NCBI GenBank assembly: GCA_964016885.1
Contig: OZ024742.1
Span: 90,148,001-90,212,000, forward strand
DNA length: 64,000 nt
Direction of reading: 5' to 3'
Origin: Eledone cirrhosa
Lineage: Eukaryota
Positions 1-13,964 of this stretch are shown here, in pieces (the first letter of the stretch is position 1; every line of letters starts with the position of its first letter). The notes below the pieces were generated by a model that was given only the letters and a program-made list of their open reading frames with translations, was not told the DNA's origin and made no database searches. Position numbers and translations under genes: made by a program.

Positions 1-1450
1 GCTAGATACTTCTTGGTACATGCCTCTTTCGACATTCTACCTCGTAAAAAATGAGAAACGCTTTCAATAGTAGGAGGCAAGATCACGTCTTAGACGAGCC
101 CCTTTGATATTCCCTCATGCTCACCCCTCGTACGGGACACCAAACATACTCATTGCCGCTGACAACAAGGTCACTTCTGCTACAGATATCCAGCATGAAG
201 ACCCACTTGTTCCGCTCCTCTTTGTGCTGGCAGGCGTAAGGTTTCCCACTCTGCCGGTCGACCTTCATTGGCTTGTACCTGGACTACGTGACCCCTAAGG
301 GCTCAGTTGAGTCGGCAGTTAGGTACCTCCGGGTAATCATACAGCTTCGGACTTGAGATAAACCCATCCAAGTCCGACTTGATAAACGTAAGCTACAGTG
401 AGGCCACTACTACGACGCCATACACAGCATCCACCCCATATTGTCCGGAGCTCGGCCAATGCCAAAAGACTATGTCTGCTTTCACGGCTCTCCAATTCTC
501 TTGACAACCATACTAGAGTGCCTGGAGACCAAGCACGCAGACCTGTTTTGGATGATGGAGAGGCGCTTTTCCTCCAGAGGAACTGCCTTCCCGTTTCTAA
601 CTTCTTGTTAACACACTCGTCTCTCTCTCGTAGATCACCTCGGTGAACTTGATGCCACTATGCCACGCTGTGTTGGAACTCATCCGTAACGTTAGTTTCG
701 ACAGTGCCGGCTGGCAAAAGGCGAGACTCCCTGTGGGGTTTAGTGGTCTCGGCCTCCATCCGCACCAAATCTGGCCTGCTTCTCCTCAAATCTACCTTCA
801 TAGGGCTCGATTCAGGCTTAAAGCAATACAGCCTCGCCTGCCTCTGTCCCGCTTCGCAGTCAAACAGCGGCACGTGCATCAATTCAGTGCCCCCTTCATC
901 AACCGGTAGCTTTCTTGATGATGTGTGCACTCGAATCGAAATGGCCCAAGGCCTCGGCTTCCGCATGTGTGAAGCACACGCATGCCGTTGTGGAGCTGTC
1001 ATCGATTAATTCGACCTGCACCTACAATCATGCCACCCCAATGCAAGCCAGTTTCCCCGAGATACCGCTGTCAACGACATAATGAGAAGGAGCTTAGAGG
1101 CAGCCGGTTTCCCATTACAACTGGAGCCAGTAGACGTCGACCATGGAGACGGCAAGAGACACGGCGGAATTACCTTCTTTCCATTAGAGAGAGGTAAATC
1201 TGGAACGCGACACACTGCGATACGTTCTCCACATTGAACTCAGTCGCTTCGACCAAAAATCTTGCATGCTATGCAGAGGATAGAAAGCCAAGCAAATACA
1301 CGAGCTGGACCACCCGGTTCCTCCTTGCACCGGTCGTCATCGAAACTTCAGGCGTCCTCCGATTCCATACAGCTGACTTCCTCTGTAGAATCGCAGATAT
1401 AACATTACCGTGCACGTCGGCTGCTCAGCACACTTCAAGATGTATATCTT
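1..1450 (+). mobile_element. Decayed CRE-like non-LTR retrotransposon, 3' part (RT C-terminus, CCHC finger, restriction-like endonuclease)
   Basis: Frameshifted pieces read WQKARLPVGFSGLGL, CRCGAVID, AVNDIMRRSLEAAGFP, DGKRHGGIT and EDRKPSKY..FLLAPVVIETSG, which match the RLE-LINE C-terminal pattern. Confidence 0.7.
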
Positions 1451-1891
1451 AATTAACTACCAGCACGAACGCTAATTATATGCGGACTAGTACGTTCATT
1501 TTCGGAATTTTCATAAATTTTTATGAAACTTATCTATAACTGTGAATTTTTAATGAGTTTTTGATGTCTTATTTATAGTATAATATAATATAGTATATGC
1601 ATATATTTCTTTTATATATATTTACTGCACTATAAAATCTAAAATTTAAGACAGATTCAAATTTATATATAAATGTGAATTTTTGGTGCGCTTTTGATCT
1701 CTTATTTATAATATAATTTATTATAATATGTATGTAGTTATATATTATATTTTATATATTTTTAAATATTTTAAAATATACCTACCACATTTCTATATAT
1801 ATGATTCTAATATAGATAAAATATCCAAACTAAAAATTATTATAGACATTATTTTGAACTCTAAATTATCCATACACTCATTATTGTTTTT

Positions 1892-2022
<131 letters not shown>

Positions 2023-2715
2023 ATTTAAACGTAACACGTTGAATTCTACTTTATAAAATTATAACTGTTATCATTAACCTAAAGTATTAATATATATCTA
2101 TATATATACCTCTCTGTATCTAATAATATGTTGATATCTTGGTTGAAGAATAATTAGTACATTTACACCCAGTTATACATAGGTATATATTTATCCTTAA
2201 CATCCTCCAATCTATTATGTTATTTTATTTTTACCTTCGTCGTTATTATTTACCTTAAACATACTGGCTCATTAATATATACCTATATACATAATAGTTA
2301 TTTAAATATTTATAACAATAAGTACGTCAAAAGCTTTACATACCTAATATGTTGGTATCTTTGTTAAAGTTTAAATTTAGGTAAATGATCAACAGTATAA
2401 TATTTCATTCTTTATGTGCCAGCTAAATCCTTTAAATGTTACCCTCATAAAATTCAGAAGTTTAGAAATGATAACACACTTATCGAATTTATAAAAATAA
2501 TATATAATAATCAGCAAATAATCCTGAAATCTGGAGTCTTCACCCTAATATTATAAATTAAATATTTTCAAATTTAACCGTTTAACTTTCTGAAAAAATC
2601 TTCTTCTGCATATATCAGACCCCCACCCCTCCACCATTTATCTTACCCTCTTCGTAAATCCTTTTCCAGTGGCTATCACTGGCTGTTATGATTCATGTAT
2701 ATATTCTGTTATGAT

Positions 2716-4380
2716 TCATGTATATATTCTGCCATGTATATGAAGAAATAGAAGGCAATAAATAGAGAAAAAATGAAAAGTTAATGAAAAAATAATGTAA
2801 AAGTAATGAAAAATGAAAATGGAAAATGAAAAATGAAAATGAAAAGTGAAAAATAAAAATGAAGATTCAAATAAAATAAGATAAAATGTGTGTGCTATAC
2901 CCAAGGTCAGAAATATGTTGGATAAAGTTGTAGGAGGAACAAGATAGTAAAAGAATAAAACGAAATAGGATAATCAAATAAAATGTGTGTATTTTAACCA
3001 ATCTCAACTTAAATATAAATATAAGGTGATAAAGTGAAGAAAACAGAAAACAAATAACAAATGAATAATGAGAAATCAAAAATGAAAAATCAAAAATCAA
3101 GTAAATTAAAATGTGTGTGTGTTATAAAGATGTTGGCCAAATTATAAAGGCTGTGTCAGAATCAATCTCTAGGCTATCATGGTGTCTGCTCAGCCTAGGT
3201 TGGTCCCTATGGCTTGAGGGGAGTTCCCACCTATGGTGTTGTTACTGCCCATATAGTTTGAGGGAGGTGTGGCCGAGAGGTCTCTACATGTTCTGGAGAT
3301 TCCCTATAGTTTGAGGGGATTTCACATCTTATTGTGTTGCTACTGTCCATATATCTTGCGGAAGGTCTCGACCCTGAGGTGTCTGCATGTCCTGAAGAAG
3401 TCGGTTCTGAGGTTTATCAGGCCGCTTCCACCTCTTAGTATCTCGAGGGTCTCGTTCAGACATAGTTTGCATATGCAAGATCCGTTTATCGGGTGGTACT
3501 TTCCTGATTATGGACCAGGCCAGAGAGTACGGGGTCCTGTCCAGTTTAAGCTTCCAGATCAGGTCGGAGAGAGCCGTACTTTTCCTTTTGGCCTCCTTAT
3601 TGAAGGAATGGCGATGGCTAAACCAGCGGTCTTTAAAGCTCGTTGATGTGGCTCCTATGTAGAGGTGTTCGAAGTTGGGGGCTTTAACCCTACAACCGTA
3701 TACTAGGTCCTTCTTAAGGCATTCATTACCAAGGGGTCATTATTCGGGGTTTCTGCAGTTGTAGAGGGTAGTCGATCTCTGCGTGCCTAGATTGGGGTTC
3801 CGTTAGGTGTTACATGGTGGTCTTCCACCAGGCACGGTGGGGTTCCCGGGTTTGTTTGGGTTTCTTGGGTGGGCACTGGGTCCCCCTTTCTCTCCTTTCA
3901 CATGGTTCTGCTGAGTGCTTGTATTGCCATCTTCTGGTTGTGTGTGGTTTTTAAGCCTACTCCTGTTGATGTTAGCTATGTGTTCGGCCAGATTTCTCGT
4001 TGTGGAATACGAGAGCTTCACAGTGTGTCTGTTGAAGATCTTTTGGTATCTATGGTCCCTTGGGAAGCATTTATAACACACACACATTTTATTTGATTAT
4101 CCTATTTCGTTTTATTCTTTTACCATCTTGTTCCTCCTACCACTTTATCCAACATATGTCTGACCTTGAGATTGGTTATAGCACACACACATTTTATCAT
4201 ATTTTATTTGAATCTTCATTTTTATTTTTCACTTTTCATTTTCATTTTTCATTTTCCATTTTCATTTTTCATTACTTTTTTATTACTTTTTCATTAATTT
4301 TTCATTTATTCTCTATTTATTATTTATTTTCTGTTTTCTTCATTTTATTGCCTTCTATTTCTTCATATACATGGCAGAAC
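2716..4380 (-). mobile_element. 5'-truncated Penelope-like element with GIY-YIG endonuclease remnant and inverted terminal repeat
   Basis: Minus strand ~4085-3330 reads CFPRDHRYQKIFNRHTVKLSYSTTRNL...DLVYGCRV...LYIGATSTSFKDRWFSH...CKLCLNE...LINLRTDFFRTCRH, with stops. 2716-2990 is inverted at 4073-4378. Confidence 0.85.
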
Positions 4381-5083
4381 CGCCCCCCCCCCCCACACAC
4401 ACACACCACCACCACCACCACGGGAGATGGTGGCAGGAGGGATGAAGAAACACACACACAGATACTTCTAAATTGTCAGCAGCAGCAAGACATAAGCTGA
4501 CCACAACACCAACAACACTACCAAAATAAGGGTAGAGGTCAGATGTACTTAACAATAGCAAACACAAACACTACAGGGAGCCTCACCCCAGGAACAATTT
4601 CTATAGACTTTGGAATGAGGAATGCTCTCAAAACTGACCAATAGAAAGAGTGACCTTACAAATCTTTATAACATTGAGATGGGTATAACACACACACGCA
4701 TTTTATTCGATTATTTTATTTTATTTTGTTCCTTTACCATCTTATTCCTTCTACCACTTTATCATTTTTTTTTAGCTGACTCCAACAACAACACCACTAC
4801 CAACATAAGAATAGTCGTCAGATGTACCTAACAATAACAAGAACAACAACTACAGATTGGCTGCTCAGAACGAATTTCTATAGACTTTTGACTGAGGAAT
4901 GTTCTAACAACTGACCAATGAGAAGAGAAGAGGCGCTTTGACGCAGAAATTCGTTTGTTTAAATTCATATGATTCCAGTTCCTCAGTGAAATAACAACCC
5001 AACCAGGAACTGGGCATATCAGAGTATTGACAAAGTTATACACCTCAACAACATGTGTACTCGTCTCTACCACACTAATTCGG

Positions 5084-5138
5084 ACTGCCTGAAGATGTCA
5101 CAGCCAAAGATGGCTGTCACCGAAATATATATAGCAGT
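5084..5138 (+). ncRNA. Type I hammerhead ribozyme, minimal stem III
   Basis: ACUGC-CUGAAGA-stem II (CACAGCCA/UGGCUGUC)-GAAA-UAUAUA-UA-GCAGU. Confidence 0.8.
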
Positions 5139-5281
5139 AATAAACGAAGCCAAATTTTAAACATTTGACTTATTTATTTTATTTTATTTTACATTACTCC
5201 GGAGTAACCAAACCAACCTGCGCCCTTCGTCGAGTGCTCCAATCTGCATACTGAGGTGTTGGTATACAACCAACATAGACT

Positions 5282-5371
<90 letters not shown>

Positions 5372-7004
5372 ATAAACATATATATATTTTAAATTCAAAA
5401 GATATATTTATAGAGAGAAAAGGAGCCATATATCGTTTGAGAAACACATAGTATATTGAACATATTTAATTCAAATAATAGTCAGAAAAATATACATACA
5501 TAAGGTGGAATAGATCCTTGCAGCACAGTTTCAAAGCTCCAAGAAAACATTAGGCAAGTGAAAATCTATCCAAGTAATCGATTATCGATTGCAATAAATG
5601 CCAAGGAAAGACAAGGTGCTACTCACCACAGGAATTGTCTACAAAATACCATCATATCTGTTGACAGGTGAAAGTCTGAATGAGCTTCAAAGTACATGGT
5701 ACCGATAAACATTTAACGACGAGTGCAGATACATTCCTTAGAATCATTATGTAACATAATGCTACTTAAACACGGCGTAATAGATTGTTTGTGCCTAAAT
5801 ACACCGCTTCTATGACTTACCACCGTGTTCATTTTTGTTTTTTGTTTATTCTTGATTTACAGCATGCAGTATAAATACGAAGGTCGTTAGCTATCACAGT
5901 GACTATAGATTTTTTTTCTGTATATGCTGGCTGTTTACCGACACCTCAGTATGCAGATTGGAGCACTCGACGAAGTACGCAGGTTGGTTTGTTTACTCCG
6001 GAGTAATGTATAATAATTAAGTCAAATATGTAAAATTTGGCTTCGTTTATTATAAATTAAAAATTACTGCTATATATATTTCGGTGACAGCCATCCTATA
6101 GGAACACACCCACCTAGCAGCTAAAACCATGCCTCACACCGTTGTTTTCAACCCTTCTCTTTCACTTCCTTAACCAGAACTCAAGTTTGCTGACACTAGA
6201 TAATATAAATAGACGAAGTACGTCGGTGGAGTCCTATCTTCTGTGCAGATAGGCACCCCAAGTTTCCGAACAACAGGCCCCGACGCCAACCCCGCATTGT
6301 GACCCGAATACCCGGGGGATATCCGCCTCGAACCCGTCCCTCCTCGCACGCATGAGTCAGGGATAAATACCACAAGTAAAAATGACGCGCCGATTATTAC
6401 CACTTACCCCTCTCCCCACCTTCAGAGGGGACTTTGACCCTGTGTCCGTGTGAGTGTATCCACATGTGGGCGTATATGGAGCTATGTGAATGTGTACATG
6501 TATGAGTGTGTGTGACTGTGTAGACGTAATATGGGAATGCACCTGAGCCTGTGTTTGTGCATGTGTGCTTGCAATGGTGTGTGTTGACATACACGCATAT
6601 GTACTTTATGCTGAAATAAGAAATGTAGTCCTTTGCAATTCTGGAGTTTGACACATAGGGCTTTGGTATTTTACACTCCACTTTTGCCTCATCTGTTTTT
6701 AAAACGCACCACTCTATGATAAAATAAGAATTGTAATTCTTTACACTTCTCGATTCTGACACACAGGTTTTCTATTTCAGTTTATATTTTTCAAAATGTT
6801 TTATATTGGTTGTAGCACATACACATTTTTTATTTGTTTGGGATACGAGCGTGTCCTACGACGCTGAAATTCGTTTGTTCTAGCCCATATAAATCCAGTT
6901 CCTCGGAGGAATAACAACACACCCAGGAACTGGACATATCGATGTATTGACGGAGTAAAACACACTTCAACATAATGTGTACCCTCTTTTCCACACCAAT
7001 TCGG

Positions 7005-7059
7005 ACTGCCTGAAGAGGTCACAGCCAATGATGGCTGTCACCGAAATATATATAGCAGT
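7005..7059 (+). ncRNA. Type I hammerhead ribozyme (same family as 5084)
   Basis: ACUGC-CUGAAGA-GGUCACAGCCA/UGGCUGUCACC-GAAA-UAUAUA-UA-GCAGU. Confidence 0.85.
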
Positions 7060-7108
7060 AATTTTTAATTTATAATAAACGAATCCAAATTTTACATTTT
7101 GACTTAAT

Positions 7109-7151
<43 letters not shown>

Positions 7152-7160
<9 letters not shown>

Positions 7161-7478
7161 AGATCAAAAGATGGTTAAAAGAGTTCCATGTATTTTATTA
7201 TGCGCATTTCAAAAACAAACATCATCATGCAATAATATTTGTGTTTTCATCAGATAAAATAGGAAGACATGATATGAAGGTTAAAAAACACTTGTGAATA
7301 GTGCAGTTTTAAATCAACATAACTGCACTATTCACAAGTGTTTTTTAACCTTCATATCATGTCTTCCTATTTTATCTGATGAAAACACAAATATTATTGC
7401 ATGATGATGTTTGTTTTTTAAATGCGCATAATAAAATACATGGAACTCTTTTAACCATCTTTTGATCTTATATATTAT
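7152..7478. repeat. Foldback element with ~157 bp inverted arms and a 12 bp spacer, each arm carrying an HHR
   Basis: 7152-7308 is the near-perfect reverse complement of 7321-7478. Confidence 0.95.
7194..7258 (-). ncRNA. Type I hammerhead ribozyme; the mirror copy at 7371-7435 (+) has G12>U
   Basis: UUUAU-CUGAUGA-16 bp stem II-GAAA-UGCGCA-UA-AUAAA. Confidence 0.85.
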
Positions 7479-7559
7479 GTATACTCCAGTCCTAGAAACT
7501 GTAGAGTGCTTCTTATCCGATATCTGCATTGCTTTATTGTACTACAATAAAACTCACCT

Positions 7560-7618
<59 letters not shown>

Positions 7619-7954
7619 TATGCAAAGCTCGATCTCTCGTTACGGTGAGGGGTTATGAAGTTCATACAGAGATATGAGGTTCGATTGCTCGTAGTGGCCG
7701 CTATCAACTTTCTTCCGTCTATAAGGGATCTTTACCCGATTTCCTACGCTATCCCTCCAACATCTGACTGTATTTACATTATTTTCTGTATTATGCGTCA
7801 GGATATACTACATTTATATAAATATATAAAAAAAACACACGCTCACTCAGATACATACATGCATGCATACATACATACATACATACATACATACATACAT
7901 ACATACATACATACATACATACATACATACATACATACATACATAGACACATAC

Positions 7955-8452
7955 ATGATGATGGCTGCAACTCGATTTGAATAATGCCATCGCATGATAC
8001 GTAAGCATGAGCAGTACGGATGTGGCTTTTTAGTTCTGCTAGGGACTTGCTTATGGTCAGCAATACTATGCATCGCAAACAAAATGCCACATATCAATCG
8101 ATGCCTGTGCTTGAAGCTTTTTTGAGCGAGGAAAGGCTTTACACGGGACCAATCCCATTCTCTGAACATCTACCCAATACATTTACCCAAAAAAGAAGAA
8201 ATGGTCTACATCATGGGATGCAAATGAAGTCGCAGGTTTTATAGAAGAGTTACCTTCTCATAGAGAGATGTCTTAATGAAGACTAGAAGTCACTCGTTCC
8301 ACATAAACAAATTATTTCATGGCCATTTACTATCCTTAATTTCTCCGCCCTTTGACGGTTTTTGTTTCTCATCCCACAGCGTATCTAAAATCACCCTCCT
8401 CCCCAAGCAAGCTTGGTGGGGGTGCCGCTTTAGTCGCCGTCGGCCCGACTAT
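7955..8452. mobile_element. Non-coding terminal (probably 5'UTR) segment of an R4/Dong-like LINE flanked by (CATA)n; homologues at 8968-9332 and 13160-13510
   Basis: Shared blocks GRTGGCTGC..AACTCG, GTCACCCTCCTCACCAAG..CTTGGTGGG and TTTAGTCGCC, bounded by (CATA)n. UTR identity is inferred. Confidence 0.55.
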
Positions 8453-8464
8453 ACATATATACAT

Positions 8465-8945
8465 AGATGGCACTAAAGAATACTGGTAGAACCTGAAAAT
8501 AAAATCTGCCACCAAATTAAAGCACATCCGTCCTGGTATTGTTGTTTGGGACCACACATTGAAAACGTGCTCTGTTGTAGAGATCAGCAGCCCACTTTAT
8601 GTCAACGTTGTGAGAAAATACAAGAGAAGGAGGACATCTACGGACTATTGGTGAGGAGTTTGCAGATCCAGTATCTAAGATACACCTTCAGCTTCATAGC
8701 CATCATTATTGGAGCTACAGCTTACATACCAATCCGCTTGGACTAAAGTATAACTGAACTTGGATTTGTGGACAAAGAACGCAGCTCCCTAATTCATAGA
8801 CAAAAAATGGCCGAGATAGCTGGCACCTTCAAGATTTGCAAAACATTCTTGCAATTCAAGGGATGACAATTTCTTTTCTTTTACAAACTTGGCAGCAGGA
8901 AGGTGGCCGGTCAAAAATGTACTCGAAATTAAGAGAAAGAGAAAC
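8465..8945 (+). mobile_element. 3' fragment of an R4/Dong-like LINE (RLE remnant plus 3'UTR, (CATA)n tail)
   Basis: KEYW..HIRPGIVVWDHTLKTCSVVEISSP and FSFIAIIIGATAY motifs, ending in GAAACATACATA. Confidence 0.75.
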
Positions 8946-9417
8946 ATACATACATACATACATACATGGTGGCTGCCAACTCGTTTTCGAGTACGGCCAC
9001 TACTTTATATCCATGTAGGAGAACCCCTACCAATGCGCTGAACGAGTGTGACTTTTTAGTCCAGCCAGCGACTTGAAAACTCTGGTACAAACACTACACT
9101 TGTGACAATTTTTGACACATAGCGCTGGGTCCATGGTACCATGTGATGACAAGTGCAGAGAGATCTCCAGATATAAAGCAATGCCTGTGCCGTGAAGCTT
9201 TTATAGTGAGCAAAGGCACTGCACAAAGTCACCCTCCTCACCAAGAAACCTTGGTCAGGTCACCAGTTGGTGCTACTAGTTACATGTATCCCAGTACAAC
9301 CTGTCCCATGGTCGGGTCGTTGGCGACTAAACATACATACATACACACATACATACATACATACATACATACATACATACATACATACATACATACATAC
9401 ATACATACATACATACA

Positions 9418-10680
9418 TGAATGTCACATCATATCCCTCCGACAACATCTACGAACCTCGAAGCGTAGGAGCCCGTCTCTCGAGCAAGTCTATCTGCATG
9501 AATCAGATAAGATCATGAGAGTTGGGAAGTAACTCCTCGAAAGATTTTCCCTGTGTGATAATCAAAAACTCACACGCAGGGAAGTCCCTCAGCAGTATCA
9601 CAGTGAATCCATGGATGAAAAACTGCATGCTTATCAGCAAAAATTCATGCATGGATATGTTGCCAGGAAGCTCCAGTGTGAGAGTAATATAGATAAAGAA
9701 AGTAGTATATCTTGGACCAACAACCACTATATTGGCTCCAACTTTAAGGATACGCTTTTGTAATCCAAGAACAGGAGATTAACACGAAATACCTGATTCA
9801 CAAAAGAGATATGGATGCAGGCAAACCACCTAGATGTGCTAACAAGTGCAGACTCTGCAGGATTAACGTCGAAGATGTCACCCATGTCATAAGCAAAGAT
9901 GTCATAGTGGTACTATCTACCTATGAGGTATGATGTAGTGGCCAAAACACTGTACAATGCAATCCGTAGAAAAGATAGCCCCGATAATAAACACATTAAA
10001 AGCTATAGCAGCGTGGAAGACATACATATACATAATATGAAAGAGTACTGGTGGAATGTTCCAGTAAAAACCCCAATAAAATACAGGCATAACAGACCAC
10101 ATATAATGATATGGGACAGGGAAAAGAAGGCATGCACAGTAGTGAAAGTTGGCTGCCCAGCAGATGCCAATATAATATCAAAGATTAGCGAAAAGGAGAA
10201 TATTTATGCAGAACTGATGAGTAATCTGCAGATACTCCACCCTGATTATACCTTCAGATTCATTCCTGTGGATATTGGGGCACTGGGATATGTTAGTAAC
10301 TGCCTCGATACAAATCTTGAGAAGCTGGGCTTCACAGGAACAGAAAGAACACTAGTTAGGAAATTACAAGTACAATACATTACTGGAACAGTAAAAATAT
10401 GTAAAGCATTCCAAAAAAGTTGCATCTAATAACTGCATATACACATGTACAGATACAAAGCATATACACATGCACACATACAACTCAAAACATACACATC
10501 CACACATACAATAACATCCATACCTATACATGCATGCATGCAGTCATGCAGACATATCTACCTAGTTGATGTGTAAATTCCAATGAGAGAGTCTTGTATC
10601 TATGTTAGAAACCGACGCTCTCTCTATTGGCAACAATTTGTGAAATTATAAAACCAGAAGAACATACATACATACATATA
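9418..10680 (+). mobile_element. 3' part of an R4/Dong-like LINE, RLE domain ORF 9923-10429
   Basis: RYDVVAKTLY..EYWWNVPV..HNRPHIMIWDREKKACTVV..EKENIYAEL..FIPVDIGALG, followed by a (CATA)n tail. Confidence 0.85.
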
Positions 10681-10709
10681 TATATACATACATATATATA
10701 TACATACTC

Positions 10710-13160
10710 CATCACATCAACGCGATCAGTCGCATATTTTGGCGGGGAGACTATTTATTAAATTTAAGATGAATACTATCTCCGACAGTAATGCCATAAC
10801 TACAGCCAGGTTGAATAACTGGTTATTCTTCTAACTATCACTTCTGAAGTCACCTTTTATTCAAATTCGTAGAGATATCCGACTAAATACATAATTCATT
10901 TTACAAGGATTTGCTACAAACAGCATGGCTGAACACAGCATCAACAAGAAAATTAAGGAAGTATCGAAGACAAATAACAAAGAAGGTAATCAAACTTTAT
11001 TCAGTTGTAGCTACAGAAGAAACCGAAATTATAAATCGCATTTCTCTTGGAGTTGCGAACTTAATAATGATTTATTTAATTGTTATAAAATGGCAAAACA
11101 CAATCCCTCCATTTGCTATATGAATAGAATGAAGCTACACTGGGACGAAATGCACCCAGAACTAAATTATTTCACAGCGAAACAATTACGCCAACAAGCG
11201 ACGTTTGTTGAACGTAAAAATAAGATAAATATTATTAATTGTAAGTCCCCCACAACAAACATGGAATCAACAACATGTGCTACAGATCGCCATGCTACTA
11301 GACTTCCTAGCAACCAGGTCGAACAGCGCCTTGAAACAACTATGCCTGTAAGAAACTTGACACCACCTGTACCCTCTAAGTCTACGTCGAATGCTGGGGA
11401 AAACACTATGGATAATAATAATAATCGAAGAAATAATAATAATAATCGTATAAATGTGACACCACGTATACCATCCGAGTCTGCTCGACTGTTGTGGAAA
11501 ATACTATCGATTAAGATAATCAAAAGTATAAAGAATTGAAAATTTCCCTCAACGAAAACTTTCAGAGAGAAATTAATTCATGTATAAATATCTCTCTGAC
11601 TGAACGTGTTAAAATGACAATGGTGAATAAAAAACCAAATAATGAAATACTACGTGTTATTGACGAAATAGGGAATAAATATTTACGACGGATAAAAACC
11701 CCAACATTTTGGCAAATCAACGCCTGTTTATATGCCTTAGCAATGACAGTGAAGCATTATCTTGGTGATACCAGAGATATTAACGAGAACAAAACACCAC
11801 CAAAAATACCATCGTATATAACTAAAAAAAAAAAAAGAGTGCTGACCTACGAAAAAACATAGGACATGTGACAATGCTCCTTACATGCAAACAAACGCAT
11901 AAAAAACACACTCCTCACCAACAAAGAGTGAAAAATAAAATAGAGACGATCTTTGGTAACTGTAGAACCAGAACTCTCCAATATAAGCTGATCACCCTCA
12001 AACAAGAATTGAGAGCTGTTAGCGAAAAATGCCGATACCTGAAGAAGGTAGATGAGAGAAAAATGCTTAATAAAAGATTCAGACGCAACCAAACATCAGT
12101 TTATAGAGATATGAAGGGCAAAATAATAAGCGTCACTGAGGCCCCATCCCAGAAAGACATATATTCCTTTTGGAGAAAAATATGGGGTGAAAAGAAGAAT
12201 TTCAACCAAGATATAGTGTGGCTAAGAGAAATCCGAAAGAACTATTGCTGCTACACTACGACAAAAACATACGAAATAAGTGAGGGTACACTTGAGACTG
12301 TGATAGGAAAACTCCAAGATAAGAAAACACCAGGAAGAGACATGATTGTCGGCTACTGGTACAAAAAACTAATATTCTATCGGAGGTATCTTACTGACTT
12401 CTACCAACAAGTTCTTAAGGGCGATACACTTATACCAGAATGGTTGACATTAGCACAAACGTTACTGGTCCCCAAGAACAAAGACACCCACTTGGCAAAA
12501 AACTACAGACCCATTGCATGCCAGAACCTGATGTATAAGATGTATACAGCGTGCCTGAACCTATTCCTCCAAGATCACTGTGAAAATAATAACATCATCA
12601 CAGATGAACAAGCAGCTGGAAAGAAAAGGGTTTGGGGATGTGCTGAACAACTCCTAATCAACAAAACTGCGATGTCGGAGGTGCGACAACTTAGGAGGAA
12701 TATGAGTACAGTCTGGCTGGACTACAAGAAAGCTTTCGATTCTGTTCACCACTCTTGGATGATAGAGGCCCTCCAACTTGCTAAAGTCCCAGACATTATT
12801 GTCAGAGCCATAGAGAGGCTGTCTTCTTCTTGGGCTACTATCCGAAGGTTAAAGACAGAGAGGTAGGACTCTATTTTCACTGACAAAATAAAATATTGCA
12901 GGGATATATTTCAGGGGGACAGTCTCTCTGTGATATTGTTCATCTTGTCATTAAACCCCTTGTCCTTTCTGCTCAAGAAATGTGAGGGATACATCATTGG
13001 TTCACAGGAGGACAGAAATACGAACCTAACCCATAACTTCGTTGTGGACGATCTGAAACTCTATGCCAAGAACATGGATGGGATGAAGAAAAATCTTGAC
13101 CTGGTTACAACGTTCTCAAAGGATATAGGAATGGAGTTTGGCCAAGATAAATGCTCATAC
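10710..13160 (+). pseudogene. R4/Dong-like LINE ORF: N-terminus plus reverse transcriptase, frameshifted and 3'-truncated
   Basis: RMKLHWDEMHPEL..KQLRQQA; KTPGRD..WYK; NYRPIAC; WLDYKKAFDSVHH; GIFQGDSLS; FVVDDLKLY; GMEFGQDKC. Confidence 0.9.
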
Positions 13161-13964
13161 ACTGCACAAAGCCACTCCCACTCTCTTGACCAAGATGCTA
13201 TTTACCAAAAAGAAGAACAAGTCAACATCATTGGATACCATCAGGGTTGCAGGTGTTATATCAGAGTTTTTCTTCACCTAGAATTCTGCCTTGACAAAGG
13301 CTAAGGGGTCATCTCTCCCGATGATTTTGGATGGCCATTGACTATTAAGAGCTCCTTTGCCCTTTGACAGGTTTTGTTTTTAGTCCTGCAGGATGTCCAA
13401 AGTCACCCTCCTCACCAAGAAACCTTGGTGGGGTTGCCAGTTTAGTCGCCAACTACCCGACCATGAGACAGCTTGTACTGGGATACATGTTATCAGTAGC
13501 ACCAACTATACATACATATATACCAACATACATACATACATACATACATACATACATACATACATACATACATACATACATACATACATACATACATACA
13601 TACATTCATACATACTTATATGGACATATATTTCATATAAATATACATTCAACCATGTTATTTTATTATTGTCTATTTTGAGACTGACCAAATACTAAAA
13701 TGTATGATCACCTTGCTAGCCTAACGCCGCCAAATATTAATGCGTGGCATTTTTGAAGTATGAGCTGATAAACCAGGCAGTGCTTAACTGTCAACAAAAC
13801 AGTTAACCAATTAGAGAATACTGAGAAGTGGACTAGAAAAAGATAGGATTAATAGCAACCACCCGCAACTACAAACAAAGAGTAAGCACAAGAAAAACAA
13901 GTTGGTAATTCCATATGCTAGTTTATCTGATGAAATCGTGTCTGAATATATATATATATATATA

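Larger units (their letters stand above)
4930..7112. mobile_element. PLE pseudo-LTR family copies: + at ~4940-5285 and ~6865-7112, inverted at ~5940-6095, with decayed GIY-YIG-like fragments between
   Basis: Homologous blocks ending in an HHR and a tail next to (TA)n. TGIVYKIP-like remnant near 5630. Confidence 0.7.

Noticed and set aside
2550-2615. Degenerate minus-strand HHR (CAGAAGA..GAAAAUAUU)
   Set aside because: The core is mutated and stem I is not convincing in very AT-rich sequence.
13400-13510. HDV-like or twister ribozyme in the R4-like UTR (CCCUCCUC, UCCCAGU)
   Set aside because: I could not build the P1/P2/P3 nested pseudoknot in either orientation. It needs a descriptor search.
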